From an uncultured Bacillota bacterium (GTDB taxonomy: Bacteria; Bacillota; Clostridia; Christensenellales; UBA1242), in the NCBI GenBank assembly GCA_949283975.1, contig CASDUK010000001.1:218764-282763 (forward strand): a stretch of DNA of 64,000 bases. The letters run 5' to 3'. The translations under genes were made by a program, and so were the position numbers. Below, piece by piece: positions 28,785-39,497 of this stretch. The notes below the pieces were generated by a model. It did not search any database. It was not told the DNA's origin and saw only the letters and a list, made by a program, of their open reading frames with translations. Positions within the stretch are counted from its first letter, which is position 1. Each line of letters begins with the position of its first letter.

Positions 28785-30368
28785 ATGACAATATCACTAT
28801 TGGGCGTTTCTTCACTTGCGGCAGCTTTTATTGGTTTAGGCTGTGGAATTGTTGGAATTGTTGGCGGAATTTTTGCCGCATATTTCCTTCTTTCCAAGAA
28901 GATTGGAAAGACTAAAACAAAAGCTGCTAAGATAATTGAAGAAGCGTATGCGGAGGCTAAAACCGCAAAAAAAGAAGCAATTTTAGAAGCCAAGGAAGAG
29001 GTTCACAAACTTCGTTTCGACTTTGATAAAGAAGTTAAAGACAGAAGAAATGAAATTCAGCGCTCGGAGGACAGGCTTTCTCAGCGAGAGGAGTTTATTG
29101 AAAAAAAAGAGCTTTCCTTAGACAAAAGGCAAGAACAACTTGAACAGGCAAAAGAAAGGCTTTCGGCAAAAGAAGTTGAAATTGAATCTATCAAAGAAGA
29201 GGAAAACAAAATTCTTTCATCAATGAGAGATGAGCTTGAAAAAGTTGCACGAATGACCAAAGAAGAGGCAAAGAAATCCTTGATGGATTCCATGGTTGAA
29301 GATGCAAGAGTTGACGCAGCAAAGACGGTTAAAGAGATTGAAGAATCTGCAAGAAATGACGGCCAAAAGAAGGCGCAGGAGATAATTGCATCTGTAATTC
29401 AAAAGTGCGCAACAGACATGACAAGCGAGCTAACAGTTACATCTGTTGCACTTCCAAACGACGAACTTAAGGGAAGAATTATTGGCCGCGAGGGAAGGAA
29501 CATTAGGGCGCTTGAAGCAGCAACAGGCGTTGATTTAATTGTTGACGACACGCCAGAAACAATAACGCTCTCGTGTTTCGACCCAATCAGAAGAGAAGTT
29601 GCGCGCGTAGCGCTTGAAAAACTTATTATGGACGGAAGAATCCACCCAACAAGAATTGAAGAGCTTGTTTCAAAGGCTCAAAAGGACATTGACCAAAAAA
29701 TTAAGGAAGCCGGTGAAAACGCAGCAAACGAAGCTGGAATTTTCAATCTTCATCCAGAGCTTATCAAGGTTTTGGGAAGGTTGAAATATAGAACAAGTTA
29801 CGGCCAAAATTGCTTGAAACACAGCTTGGAAACATCTTACATTGCCGGGCTTTTGGCAGCAGAACTTGGGGCAGATGAAAAAGTTGCAAGGCGAGGGGGC
29901 CTTCTCCACGACATTGGAAAGGCTTTAGACCACGAAATTGAAGGAACTCACGTTCAAATTGGGGTTGAACTTGCAAAGAAATATAAGGAAAGCCCAGCGG
30001 TTATCCACTGCATTGAAGCCCACCACTTTAATGTTGAATTTGAAAGCGTTGAAGCCGTTTTGGTTCAAGTTGCAGATGCAATTTCAAGCAGCAGGCCGGG
30101 GGCAAGGCGCGAAACAATTGAGGCGTATGTTAAACGCTTGGAAAAGCTTGAAGAGATTGCAAACTCATTTAAAGGCGTTGACAAATCATATGCCGTTCAA
30201 GCCGGACGAGAGGTTAGAATTATTGTTAAACCAGAGGAAATTTCGGACGAGCTTGCAGTTTTTATGGCAAAAGACATTGCAAAGAAAATTGAAGACGAAA
30301 TGGAATATCCAGGGCAAATTAAAGTTAATGTAATTAGAGAAAGCAGGTTTTCTGAAATTGCAAAATAA
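28785..30368 (+). CDS. rny: Ribonuclease Y
   Basis: An N-terminal TM segment, a coiled coil, a KH domain (GRIIGREGRNIRALE), and an HD domain (LLHDIGKA...) fit RNase Y. Confidence 0.95.
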   Translation: MTISLLGVSSLAAAFIGLGCGIVGIVGGIFAAYFLLSKKIGKTKTKAAKIIEEAYAEAKTAKKEAILEAKEEVHKLRFDFDKEVKDRRNEIQRSEDRLSQREEFIEKKELSLDKRQEQLEQAKERLSAKEVEIESIKEEENKILSSMRDELEKVARMTKEEAKKSLMDSMVEDARVDAAKTVKEIEESARNDGQKKAQEIIASVIQKCATDMTSELTVTSVALPNDELKGRIIGREGRNIRALEAATGVDLIVDDTPETITLSCFDPIRREVARVALEKLIMDGRIHPTRIEELVSKAQKDIDQKIKEAGENAANEAGIFNLHPELIKVLGRLKYRTSYGQNCLKHSLETSYIAGLLAAELGADEKVARRGGLLHDIGKALDHEIEGTHVQIGVELAKKYKESPAVIHCIEAHHFNVEFESVEAVLVQVADAISSSRPGARRETIEAYVKRLEKLEEIANSFKGVDKSYAVQAGREVRIIVKPEEISDELAVFMAKDIAKKIEDEMEYPGQIKVNVIRESRFSEIAK

Positions 30369-30373
30369 CAATT

Positions 30374-30401
30374 AAAGCAGCGCAATTTACCGCTGCTTTT
30401 T
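30374..30401 (+). terminator. Intrinsic terminator after rny
   Basis: AAAGCAGCG-loop-CGCTGCTTT hairpin followed by Ts. Confidence 0.75.
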
Positions 30402-30453
30402 AATTTGACGATTGAGTTTTCCTTTTTGCTAAATTATGTTAAAATAAAAGTGT

Positions 30454-30900
30454 ATGAAAGAGATTGAAATTTACACAGATGGTGCATGCAGCGGAAACCC
30501 TGGCGTTGGAGGCTGGGCTGCAATTTTAATTTACAGAGGGAAAGAGAAGGAAATTAGCGGCTCTGAGCTTGAAACAACAAACAACAGAATGGAACTTATT
30601 GCCGTTATAATGGGGCTTGGCGCGCTTAAAGAAAAATGTAAAGTTCGGCTTTATAGCGATTCTGCATATGTTGTCAACTCAATTAACAATGGCTGGCTTT
30701 TTTCGTGGGCGCTTAACAACTGGAAAACGGCGGGGAAGACCTCCGTTGCCAACAAAGACCTTTGGGAAAAGCTTTTAAAGCTTACAAAAAAACACCCCAC
30801 AACTTTCATAAAAGTTAAGGGGCATTCTGATAATGAATATAATAACAGATGTGACAAACTTGCAGTTTCTGAAATTAAAAAGGTTAAAAACGATATTTAA
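30454..30900 (+). CDS. rnhA: Ribonuclease HI
   Basis: [22 protein letters not shown]...TNNRMEL...[17 protein letters not shown] matches RNase HI. Confidence 0.9.
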   Translation: MKEIEIYTDGACSGNPGVGGWAAILIYRGKEKEISGSELETTNNRMELIAVIMGLGALKEKCKVRLYSDSAYVVNSINNGWLFSWALNNWKTAGKTSVANKDLWEKLLKLTKKHPTTFIKVKGHSDNEYNNRCDKLAVSEIKKVKNDI

Positions 30901-32269
30901 ATTTTTCTCTAACTTTTCTAATTGATGCAGTAATTGCCTTTGTTGTGTATGGAATTGCACCAAAGTGGAAGGAGAGAATTATTGGATAGATTAAAATTGG
31001 AAAATATTCAATTGCCTTTCCGGCCCTAAAGCCCAAAATTAAGTTTATTCCAATAATAACTAAAATTAGTGCAACAGCGGCCATTGGGAGGACGAGAGAG
31101 GAGGTGTCTTCCTTTTTTATTTGAATAATTCCTTTATATCTTTCTTTTCGATATAGAATAAAGTATACAATAAAAGCAACCAGCGCTAGAGCAGGGATAA
31201 TTATGTAAATAATCTCTCCAATTGAACCTGAACCAAGCCCGAAGTAGAAAGCAATTGAAAAAGCAAGCGAGAAAACAAAGAAAATAAAGCTTCTAACAAG
31301 TCTAACCAACATTGGGTTAACATAGAAATTAGAAGCAGAATCCTTTGCCTCATATTGTTTAAAGCCAATTCCCTTTGATGTGTAATAGCCTTCAAGGCTT
31401 TTGTAGCTGCTGAAAATTTTAGATTGAGAAGATTCTCTTTCATATGTGTTTTCAACTCTGTTAAATTCTTCTTTTTTTATTTGTTTAACTTGAGGCTGTT
31501 CGGGAATTTTTTTAGCTTCTTTTTGTTTTCTTTCGGCCTCAAACCTGTCAATCTTATGTTGAATTTTTGCCATTGACTTTTCGTGGTCATACGGCAAGTT
31601 TAAGTTTGCAATTAACATGTCGGACATTTTTTCTTGAACAGGCGTTGCGTCTTGTTTTGGCTTTTCTTTTATCTTTGCGTTTAAATAGCTTGTGTCGCGC
31701 GCTTCAATGTTTAGAGATGCAGGCTCAAATTTTTGAACTTTTGGAAAGTTATAATCCTCAATTGTTTCCGTTATAAACCTTCCGTCGTCACGGGCCATGT
31801 CAACTTCTTTAAAGAGATTGTATTGGCCGTCCTGAGGCTCTTCTTTTTTCTCTTCAACTTTTTCTTGTTGAACTTCTTTTTTAGCCATTGTAAACATGTT
31901 CTCTTGTTCTGCAAGTTTAATTGGCTCTTCAACCTTACTTTCCAATTTTGGTGCTGGCGCTAAAACTTGTTCTCTTTGTTTTTCAAAAAGAGAGTAGTCA
32001 ACAGGGTTTTCTTCCAAATATTTTCTTCCCTCGGCAGTTAGGCAATAATAGTGACGCTTTCCGCCAATTGCGCTGTCTCGCCAATATGAGGAAACAAGTT
32101 TTTGTGTTTCCATTCTCTTTAAACTGCTGTATAAACTTGGCTGCTTAATTTCAATTCCAGTTTTATCTTTGATTTCATCAATTATCTCGTAGCCATATTT
32201 ATCTCCAGCTATCATTGTTGAAAGAATTGTTGGATTTAATTGGCCTCTTGGCAGTTCGTTCAATTCCAT
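30884..32269 (-). CDS. Membrane-tethered PadR-family transcriptional regulator
   Basis: The N-terminal PadR wHTH is [51 protein letters not shown]...[17 protein letters not shown]. It is followed by a ~200 aa K/E/Q-rich linker and four hydrophobic C-terminal spans. I moved the start to MELNELPRG. Confidence 0.7.
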   Translation of the reverse strand: MELNELPRGQLNPTILSTMIAGDKYGYEIIDEIKDKTGIEIKQPSLYSSLKRMETQKLVSSYWRDSAIGGKRHYYCLTAEGRKYLEENPVDYSLFEKQREQVLAPAPKLESKVEEPIKLAEQENMFTMAKKEVQQEKVEEKKEEPQDGQYNLFKEVDMARDDGRFITETIEDYNFPKVQKFEPASLNIEARDTSYLNAKIKEKPKQDATPVQEKMSDMLIANLNLPYDHEKSMAKIQHKIDRFEAERKQKEAKKIPEQPQVKQIKKEEFNRVENTYERESSQSKIFSSYKSLEGYYTSKGIGFKQYEAKDSASNFYVNPMLVRLVRSFIFFVFSLAFSIAFYFGLGSGSIGEIIYIIIPALALVAFIVYFILYRKERYKGIIQIKKEDTSSLVLPMAAVALILVIIGINLILGFRAGKAIEYFPILIYPIILSFHFGAIPYTTKAITASIRKVREKFKYRF

Positions 32270-32368
32270 AAATAATACCTCTAAATAGAAAATATCAAAA
32301 TTCGCCATAAAAGTCAAATATTTTACATGTGCTATGCAAATTAAATTGTATAACTACGCAGGCGTAAT

Positions 32369-32384
32369 ACACAACATGTTGTGT
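32369..32384. promoter_or_regulatory. Perfect 16-bp palindrome, a candidate PadR operator
   Basis: ACACAACATGTTGTGT lies in the divergent intergenic region between the PadR-like gene and the 32453 gene. Confidence 0.45.
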
Positions 32385-32452
32385 TATTATTGTTGTTTAA
32401 CTTTTTTTGAAATGGAAATAATTAGAAAAGCAAAAATCAAGGAGGAATTTTT

Positions 32453-33691
32453 ATGAACCCACTTTCTATTGAAACAAAAGAAATAGCAGAATATTTTATG
32501 GACTGGGAAAAGCTTTATCCAAAGCCATACAACAAGAAAACAGCTTCGCCTTTTACAAAGGTTAGAGTTATTTTAATGAACGGAACAGAATTTGAATCCA
32601 CATGGTTTTTACATCAGTTTGCAAGGAATTGCAGCGATCAAGATTTAAAAAGGAAAATTGCTCTTGTTCGCGCCCAAGAGCAGCAACAACAAAAGAGAAT
32701 TGGGGCGTTAAAGCCAAAAAATGAAAATATTTTGGAAACAACAATTTCTTATGAGCAGCTTGCAATTGAGCTAACGGCAATTTTAGCAATTCACGAAAAA
32801 AATAAAAACAATAAGGAGGCGTTAAACTTTGCCTTGCTTGAAGATTTTGACCATCTTTATAGATTTGGAAATCTTTTAAAAATGGATTTTGGAATTGACG
32901 CAGAAAACCTTGTTGGTAAATACACCGAAATTACGCCTGGAAGGCCAACAATTTCAGAGCATAGGTATCCAATTGACAATGTTAAACGGGCGCTAAACAG
33001 CAAAACCGCCGACCCGTTTTCAAACCTTGTTGCTTCTATCATAACGGCAGCAGAGCAGCAAACAATGAATTTTTACATGAACATGGCAGCTTTTTATAAA
33101 AATGACACCGGAAGAAAGTTGTTTTCTGAAATTGGAATGATTGAAGAGCAGCATGTTACGCAATATGAGAGTTTAAAAGATCCAACTTGCACCTGGCTTG
33201 AAAACTGGGTTATGCACGAATACACAGAGGCATATTTATATTATTCAATGTTCTGCGACGAGAGCGATAGAAACATCAAACAAATTTGGAAGGAGCACTT
33301 TGAAATGGAAGTTGCCCACCTAAAACTTGCGATTGATTGTTTGATGAAATATGAAAACAAAGATTACAAAGTTGTTCTTCCAAAGCCGGAGTTTCCAAAG
33401 CTAATTCAATTTGGCGGCAATAAGGAATATATTAGAGATGTTCTTGAAAGAACGGTTAATTTAACAAGCGAAAGAGAGAAATATGTTGAAGTAAGCAAAC
33501 TTCCAAAAGCGGCAGATTTCTTTAAGTTTCAGGGGAAAGTTAACAGAAATGTTGAATCAGTTCCAAGCCATGCAGTTATTGTTTCTGCAATTTCAAAGCT
33601 AGGAAAAGACTATCGCTATGAAGATAAACCAAACCCTGTTAAAGCACTTCAAAACAGAAAGAAAGATAATATAACAATTGGAAGAGAATAA
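32453..33691 (+). CDS. Ferritin-like / di-iron-carboxylate-like protein (hypothetical)
   Basis: Helical protein with spaced acidic/His motifs: ELTAIL, LLEDFDHLY, AAEQQTMNFY and IEEQHVTQYE (ExxH-like). Confidence 0.45.
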   Translation: MNPLSIETKEIAEYFMDWEKLYPKPYNKKTASPFTKVRVILMNGTEFESTWFLHQFARNCSDQDLKRKIALVRAQEQQQQKRIGALKPKNENILETTISYEQLAIELTAILAIHEKNKNNKEALNFALLEDFDHLYRFGNLLKMDFGIDAENLVGKYTEITPGRPTISEHRYPIDNVKRALNSKTADPFSNLVASIITAAEQQTMNFYMNMAAFYKNDTGRKLFSEIGMIEEQHVTQYESLKDPTCTWLENWVMHEYTEAYLYYSMFCDESDRNIKQIWKEHFEMEVAHLKLAIDCLMKYENKDYKVVLPKPEFPKLIQFGGNKEYIRDVLERTVNLTSEREKYVEVSKLPKAADFFKFQGKVNRNVESVPSHAVIVSAISKLGKDYRYEDKPNPVKALQNRKKDNITIGRE

Positions 33692-33721
33692 AAACCAACC
33701 AGCAATAGCTGGTGGTTTTTC
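33692..33721. terminator. Bidirectional intrinsic terminator
   Basis: AAAACCAACCAGC-AATA-GCTGGTGGTTTTT. Confidence 0.7.
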
Positions 33722-33927
33722 ATATAACGGGTAAAACCCTATTTCAAAGGAAGCACGAACTTGTTGCGAATCTTCCGTTGTATTTTAAATGCTATGTGAT
33801 ATTTGCAATTTAAAGTCGTATGTGCTAAACTGTTTTTGACATTTTTCTCCTTTTGTGTTTTTTAATTTTTGCTAGGCTACAAACTAAAGTCCAACACAAT
33901 GGAGATCTCATCGCTAAACCTAAATTG

Positions 33928-33950
33928 ACCCCCCAGATAGTCTGGGGGGT
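33928..33950. terminator. Very strong 10-bp GC hairpin, a possible terminator of an unannotated transcript
   Basis: ACCCCCCAGA-TAG-TCTGGGGGGT followed by TTTATT on the plus strand. Confidence 0.4.
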
Positions 33951-34002
33951 TTATTAAACAAAAAACAACCCGAAACCGCAAAGGGTTCGGATTGTTTGCA
34001 CT

Positions 34003-34090
34003 TGGCGGAGAGTTAGGGATTCGAACCCCAGGAAGCTTTCACTTCAACGGTTTTCAAGACCGCCGCTTTCGACCGCTCAGCCAACTCTCC
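34003..34090 (-). tRNA. tRNA-Ser (anticodon UGA)
   Basis: The reverse complement is GGAGAGTTGGCTGAGCGGTCGAAAGCGGCGGTCTTGAAAACCGTTGAAGTGAAAGCTTCCTGGGGTTCGAATCCCTAACTCTCCGCCA, with a long variable arm. Confidence 0.9.
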
Positions 34091-34466
34091 AAGCGCTAAT
34101 ATAATTTATCACAAAAAATTTAGAATTGCAAGCATTTTCTGCAAGAAAAAAACGAGGTTTGCTATATTGTAATAAAAAAATAATTTATTATTCCAAACTG
34201 TTGAACATGAGATAAAAATGCCTGTTAAAAACATAAACATCGACTAAAAAAAGTTATTAACAAAAACATTTCTAAACAGGCAGTTAATTAAAAAAAGAAC
34301 TAAACTTTTTATTATTCAAAAATAGTTCTTTTTATTTTTTTACCAGTTTAAAGGCCCAGTTGATTTTTTTAAAATAATCTTTCATTATTATAATTTTTTC
34401 ATCTGAAATGAGGCAGAAGATTGTTAAATACCTCATTTGATATTCACAGGGCAGAGTGGCTTAAGT

Positions 34467-35084
34467 TCATTTAATTAAAATTCTGCATTCAATATTTGGA
34501 TTTAAATTTTCTAAGAAAGTTTTCTCTGCTTCTTTGCCTTGCGTTCCTTCAATTTCACCGTAGTGAACTGGAATTACAATTTTGGGCGCAATTTTATTTG
34601 TTAGTTTCGCCGCCTGCTTAGCGTTCATTGTATATGTTCCTCCAATTGGAACAAACAAGATATCTGGCCTTTGTTGACTTAGCTGCGGAGTGTCATCCGT
34701 GTCCCCACAAATTGTATATGTAGTTTCGTTGAGGTTAATTGTGTAGCCAACAAAGCCGTTTTCAATTGGATGAAACCTTCCAAAATTGTATGACGGAAAA
34801 GTTTCAATTTCAACGCCGCCAATGGTAAGTTTTTGATGTTGAGAAACCACAACTATTTTATTAGCAAATTGTTTTAAATTTTCCAAGCAACTTTTGGGGC
34901 AAACAATTATTGTTTCTGAATTTATGACATTCTTAATTGAAGATGGGTCAAGGTGGTCAAAGTGTGGGTGAGTTAAAAAGACAATCTTTGCATTTTGCTT
35001 CTTTTCATTTATGCGAAAAGGGTCAAAGTAATATGCATCATCTATGCAAATTGAACTGTGGCAGTTAACTTTTATGTTTTTCAT
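34467..35084 (-). CDS. MBL-fold metallo-hydrolase
   Basis: The LTHPHFDHL motif is present, with later D/H ligands. Confidence 0.8.
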   Translation of the reverse strand: MKNIKVNCHSSICIDDAYYFDPFRINEKKQNAKIVFLTHPHFDHLDPSSIKNVINSETIIVCPKSCLENLKQFANKIVVVSQHQKLTIGGVEIETFPSYNFGRFHPIENGFVGYTINLNETTYTICGDTDDTPQLSQQRPDILFVPIGGTYTMNAKQAAKLTNKIAPKIVIPVHYGEIEGTQGKEAEKTFLENLNPNIECRILIK

Positions 35085-35571
35085 GTTGTTCTCCTTTTAA
35101 TTGCGCATTTTCGTGGCTAAGTAAAAAAATTTTTTTCTCAATTCCGCCCGAATAACCAATTAATTTGCCGTTAGAACCGATTACTCGGTGGCAGGGGATT
35201 ATAATTGGAATTGGGTTTTTTGAAATTGCAAGGCCAACGGCGCGAGCGGCCAATTTTTTGTTTGGCGAAACAATTTCCGAAATTTCCTTATAGCTTTTTG
35301 TTTTGCCATAGGGGATTTTTAAAAGCATCTCCCAAACTTTTTTTCTAAAAACGCTTCCATTTAGTTCTAGGCTAAGTTCACTGGGGTTTGGATTTTCTCC
35401 TTTAAAATATCTTGAAAGCCAATTTTTTGTTTGCTTGAAAATTTCTAAATTTTCGTTATTAATAAGCCCTTCTTTTAAAACCTTTCCAAAGAGGAGTTCA
35501 ACAAGGCTTTTGCCGTTGCTAATAAGGGTTAACTTTCCAAGCGGAGAATCTGCAAGACAGAAATATTTCAT
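35065..35571 (-). CDS. ogt: Methylated-DNA--protein-cysteine methyltransferase
   Basis: The active site IIIPCHRVIGSNG and YKEISEIV fit Ogt. Confidence 0.9.
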   Translation of the reverse strand: MKYFCLADSPLGKLTLISNGKSLVELLFGKVLKEGLINNENLEIFKQTKNWLSRYFKGENPNPSELSLELNGSVFRKKVWEMLLKIPYGKTKSYKEISEIVSPNKKLAARAVGLAISKNPIPIIIPCHRVIGSNGKLIGYSGGIEKKIFLLSHENAQLKGEQHEKHKS

Positions 35572-35634
35572 AGTTTGATGATATCATAAAAACCGCAATG
35601 ACAAAAAATTTTTTTAAAACATATATTAAATTGC

Positions 35635-35684
35635 TTGACAATTGAGCGGCTGTTCAACTATAATACAATTGAACGGTTGTTCAA
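35635..35684 (+). promoter_or_regulatory. SigA promoter overlapped by two ArsR/SmtB-type palindromic operators
   Basis: TTGACA (35635-40) and TATAAT (35659-64) are separated by 18 nt. The operators are TTGAGCGGCTGTTCAA (35642-57) and TTGAACGGTTGTTCAA (35669-84), both of the form TTGAAC-N4-GTTCAA. Confidence 0.65.
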
Positions 35685-35698
35685 CTAAGGAGTTTTGT

Positions 35699-36076
35699 AT
35701 GGGAAAATCTGAGGCAACATGCGATTGCGATGTTATCCATTGTGAAACAGTTGAGTTTGTTAAACAAAGGGTTTTAGATGAAAAAAGCCTTCTTTTAATG
35801 GCGAACTTTTACAAAGCGCTTTCGGATAGCACTAGAATTAAAATTATTAATGTTTTAGACGAGGGGGAGCTTTGCGTTTGCGATATTTCTGTTTTGCTTA
35901 ACATGACGAAATCTGCAATCTCCCACCAGTTAAAGTATCTTAGAAAAATGAACTTAATTTCCTCAGAAAAAAGGGGGAAAGAGGTTTTTTACAGGCTTGC
36001 AGACAACCATGTTAAAGAGGTTTTTGAAATAAGCAAAGAACATGTTTTTGAGGAAAGAAATGAAGAAGGTTGTTAA
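35699..36076 (+). CDS. ArsR/SmtB-family metal-sensing repressor (CadC/CzrA-like)
   Basis: An N-terminal Cys cluster CDCDVIHC, ELCVCDIS in the wHTH, and LKYLRKMNLI fit the family. I moved the start to MGKSE after AAGGAG. Confidence 0.8.
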   Translation: MGKSEATCDCDVIHCETVEFVKQRVLDEKSLLLMANFYKALSDSTRIKIINVLDEGELCVCDISVLLNMTKSAISHQLKYLRKMNLISSEKRGKEVFYRLADNHVKEVFEISKEHVFEERNEEGC

Positions 36077-38083
36077 GATTGAGGGGTTAAACTGTCCAAA
36101 CTGCGCAAGGGCGCTTGAAAAGGAAATTAACAAGATTGAAAGCGTTAAAGAGGCAAAGATTGATTTTGTTGCCTCTAAGTTAATTTATGAAAGCGATGAA
36201 GAAGGAACGTTAAATCAAATTATTGAACTTTCTAAAAAAATTGAGCCAAATGCAAAAATTTTGGTGCAAAAAGAGAAAAAGTTTGATAAAAAATTTTTTT
36301 TAGATTTGTTCATTCTTTTGGCAGGAATTATAGTTGGAGTTTGCGCATTAACAATTAACATGCCAATTTGGCTTTATTGGACGCTTTTTGTTTCCAGCGC
36401 GTTATTAATGGGATATAAAACATATCTGAAAGCAATTTTTCTTTTGTTTAGAGGAACAATTAATGAAAATCTTTTAATAACTTTATCTGTAATTGGCGCG
36501 GCAGCTGTTGGCCAGTCGATGGAGTCGTTGATGGTTATCGGCCTTTATTCAATTGGGAAAATTTTGGAAGGACTTGCAGTTGACAAATCCAGAAAATCAA
36601 TTGAAAGCATTGTAAACCTAAGGCCGGAGTTTGCTCTTGTTTTAAGAAATGGGGCGGAGGAAAGAATCTCTCCACAAGATGTCAAAATTGGGGAAACAAT
36701 TTTGGTTAAACCAGGCGAGCGCGTTCCAATTGACGGAAAAATTTTGGAAGGAAATTCAATGGTTGACCTTCAAAGTTTAACAGGGGAAAGCGTTCCGGTT
36801 TCAAAAACAGAAGGGGAGGAAATTCTTTCTGGGGCAATTGTTTTAAACGGCCTTCTTCAAATTGAAACAACGAAGAAATATGAAGATAGCGCTGTTAGCA
36901 AAATTTTAAATCTAATTGAGCATGCTCAGGGAAAAAAGAGCAAAACAGAAACATTAATTTCAAAGATAACAAAATGGTATACGCTTGGCGTAATTGTTTG
37001 TTCGCTTATGGTTTTTGGAATTGTTTATGGAGTTGTTGGAGACTTTTCAGAGGCAATTTACCGAGGGCTTATTTTTCTTGTTGTTTCGTGTCCGTGCGCC
37101 TTTGCAATTTCTGTTCCACTTTCATATTTCTCTGGAATTGGAAATGCCTCTAAGCATGGAATTTTAATTAAGGGTTCGAATTACTTAGATGCTTGCGCAA
37201 AGCTTAATATTGTTGCATTTGACAAAACAGGAACGCTTACATTAGGCGAATTTGAAGTTAAAAAAGTTGTTTGTTTAAAGGAAGGGCTTTCAGAAAGCGG
37301 GCTTGTTTATCTTGCCGCGCTTGGTGAACAAAATTCTCTCCACCCGCTTTCAAAATCAATTCTATCCTACAACACAAAAAAACTTAAAAAAGTTAAAAAT
37401 GTTAATGAAATTGCGGGCAAAGGAGTTTATTTTGAGTTTAACAATAACAAATATTTTGTTGGCAAAACCGAAAATGAAAGCAAAAATACAACAGTTGGAG
37501 TTTATGAAAATCAAATAAAAATTGGCGAAATTGAGTTTGTGGATAAAATTAAAGAAAGTTCCTTTGAGACAATTAAAGATTTAAACAAGCAGGGAGTTAA
37601 AACAATTTTGCTTTCCGGAGATAACAGAGAAATTGTTGAAGAAGTTAGCAAAAAGCTGAATGTTGATACCCATGCTTCAAATCTTTTACCAGAGGATAAA
37701 TTCAAGTATATTCAAGATCTAAAAAAGAACAATAAAAATCTAATTGGCTATGTTGGCGATGGAATTAATGATGCGCCGTCACTAAGCCTTGCAGATGTTG
37801 GAATTAGCATGGGAATTTGCGGAAGCCCCGCAAGCATTGAAGCCTCGGATATTGTTTTAGTTGACGACAACCCCAAAAAAATTTCAACGGCAATCAAAAT
37901 TTCAAAATTTACAAGAAAAATAGTTTGGGAGGATATAATTCTCTCTGCAACGGTTAAATTTTGCTTTCTGCTTTTAGGGGCGGTTGGAATAACCGGAATG
38001 CTCAGCGCCGTTTTTGCCGATGTTGGCGTTACAGTTTTAGCAATTTTAAACAGCATAAGAGCGCTTAAATTTAAACCTAAATA

Positions 38084-38084
<1 letters not shown>
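36060..38084 (+). CDS. Heavy-metal-translocating P1B-type ATPase (Cd/Zn/Co-like)
   Basis: An HMA domain (GLNCPNCA), the TM CPC motif (VSCPCAFAIS), DKTGTLT, and GDGINDAP fit a P1B-type ATPase. Confidence 0.9.
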
Positions 38085-39364
<1,280 letters not shown>

Positions 39365-39408
39365 AAACTTCTCTCACAATAGTTTCGGAGGTTATGTGTT
39401 GAAGAGAA

Positions 39409-39447
39409 AATAAATCACCAAAAAAATTGGTGATTTATTTTTTTTAT
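39409..39447 (+). terminator. Intrinsic terminator after the collagen-like gene
   Basis: AAATAAATCACC-loop-GGTGATTTATTT hairpin followed by a T-run. Confidence 0.8.
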
Positions 39448-39497
39448 TTATAGATTTGTAATATAATAAAATTTAATTAGAGGTGCAGAGGATAGAT

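Noticed and set aside
33740-33790. The AAGGAAGCA segment as a fragment of SRP (4.5S/scRNA) domain IV.
   Set aside because: The match is limited to a few bases. The conserved GGUCCGGAAGGAAGCAGC context and the complementary strand of the helix are absent.
34260-34330. A 17-codon minus-strand ORF, MKDYFKKINWAFKLVKK, is followed by a hairpin in the AT-rich 375-nt spacer upstream of tRNA-Ser.
   Set aside because: It is too short and the region is too AT-rich to distinguish from chance. No RBS is present.
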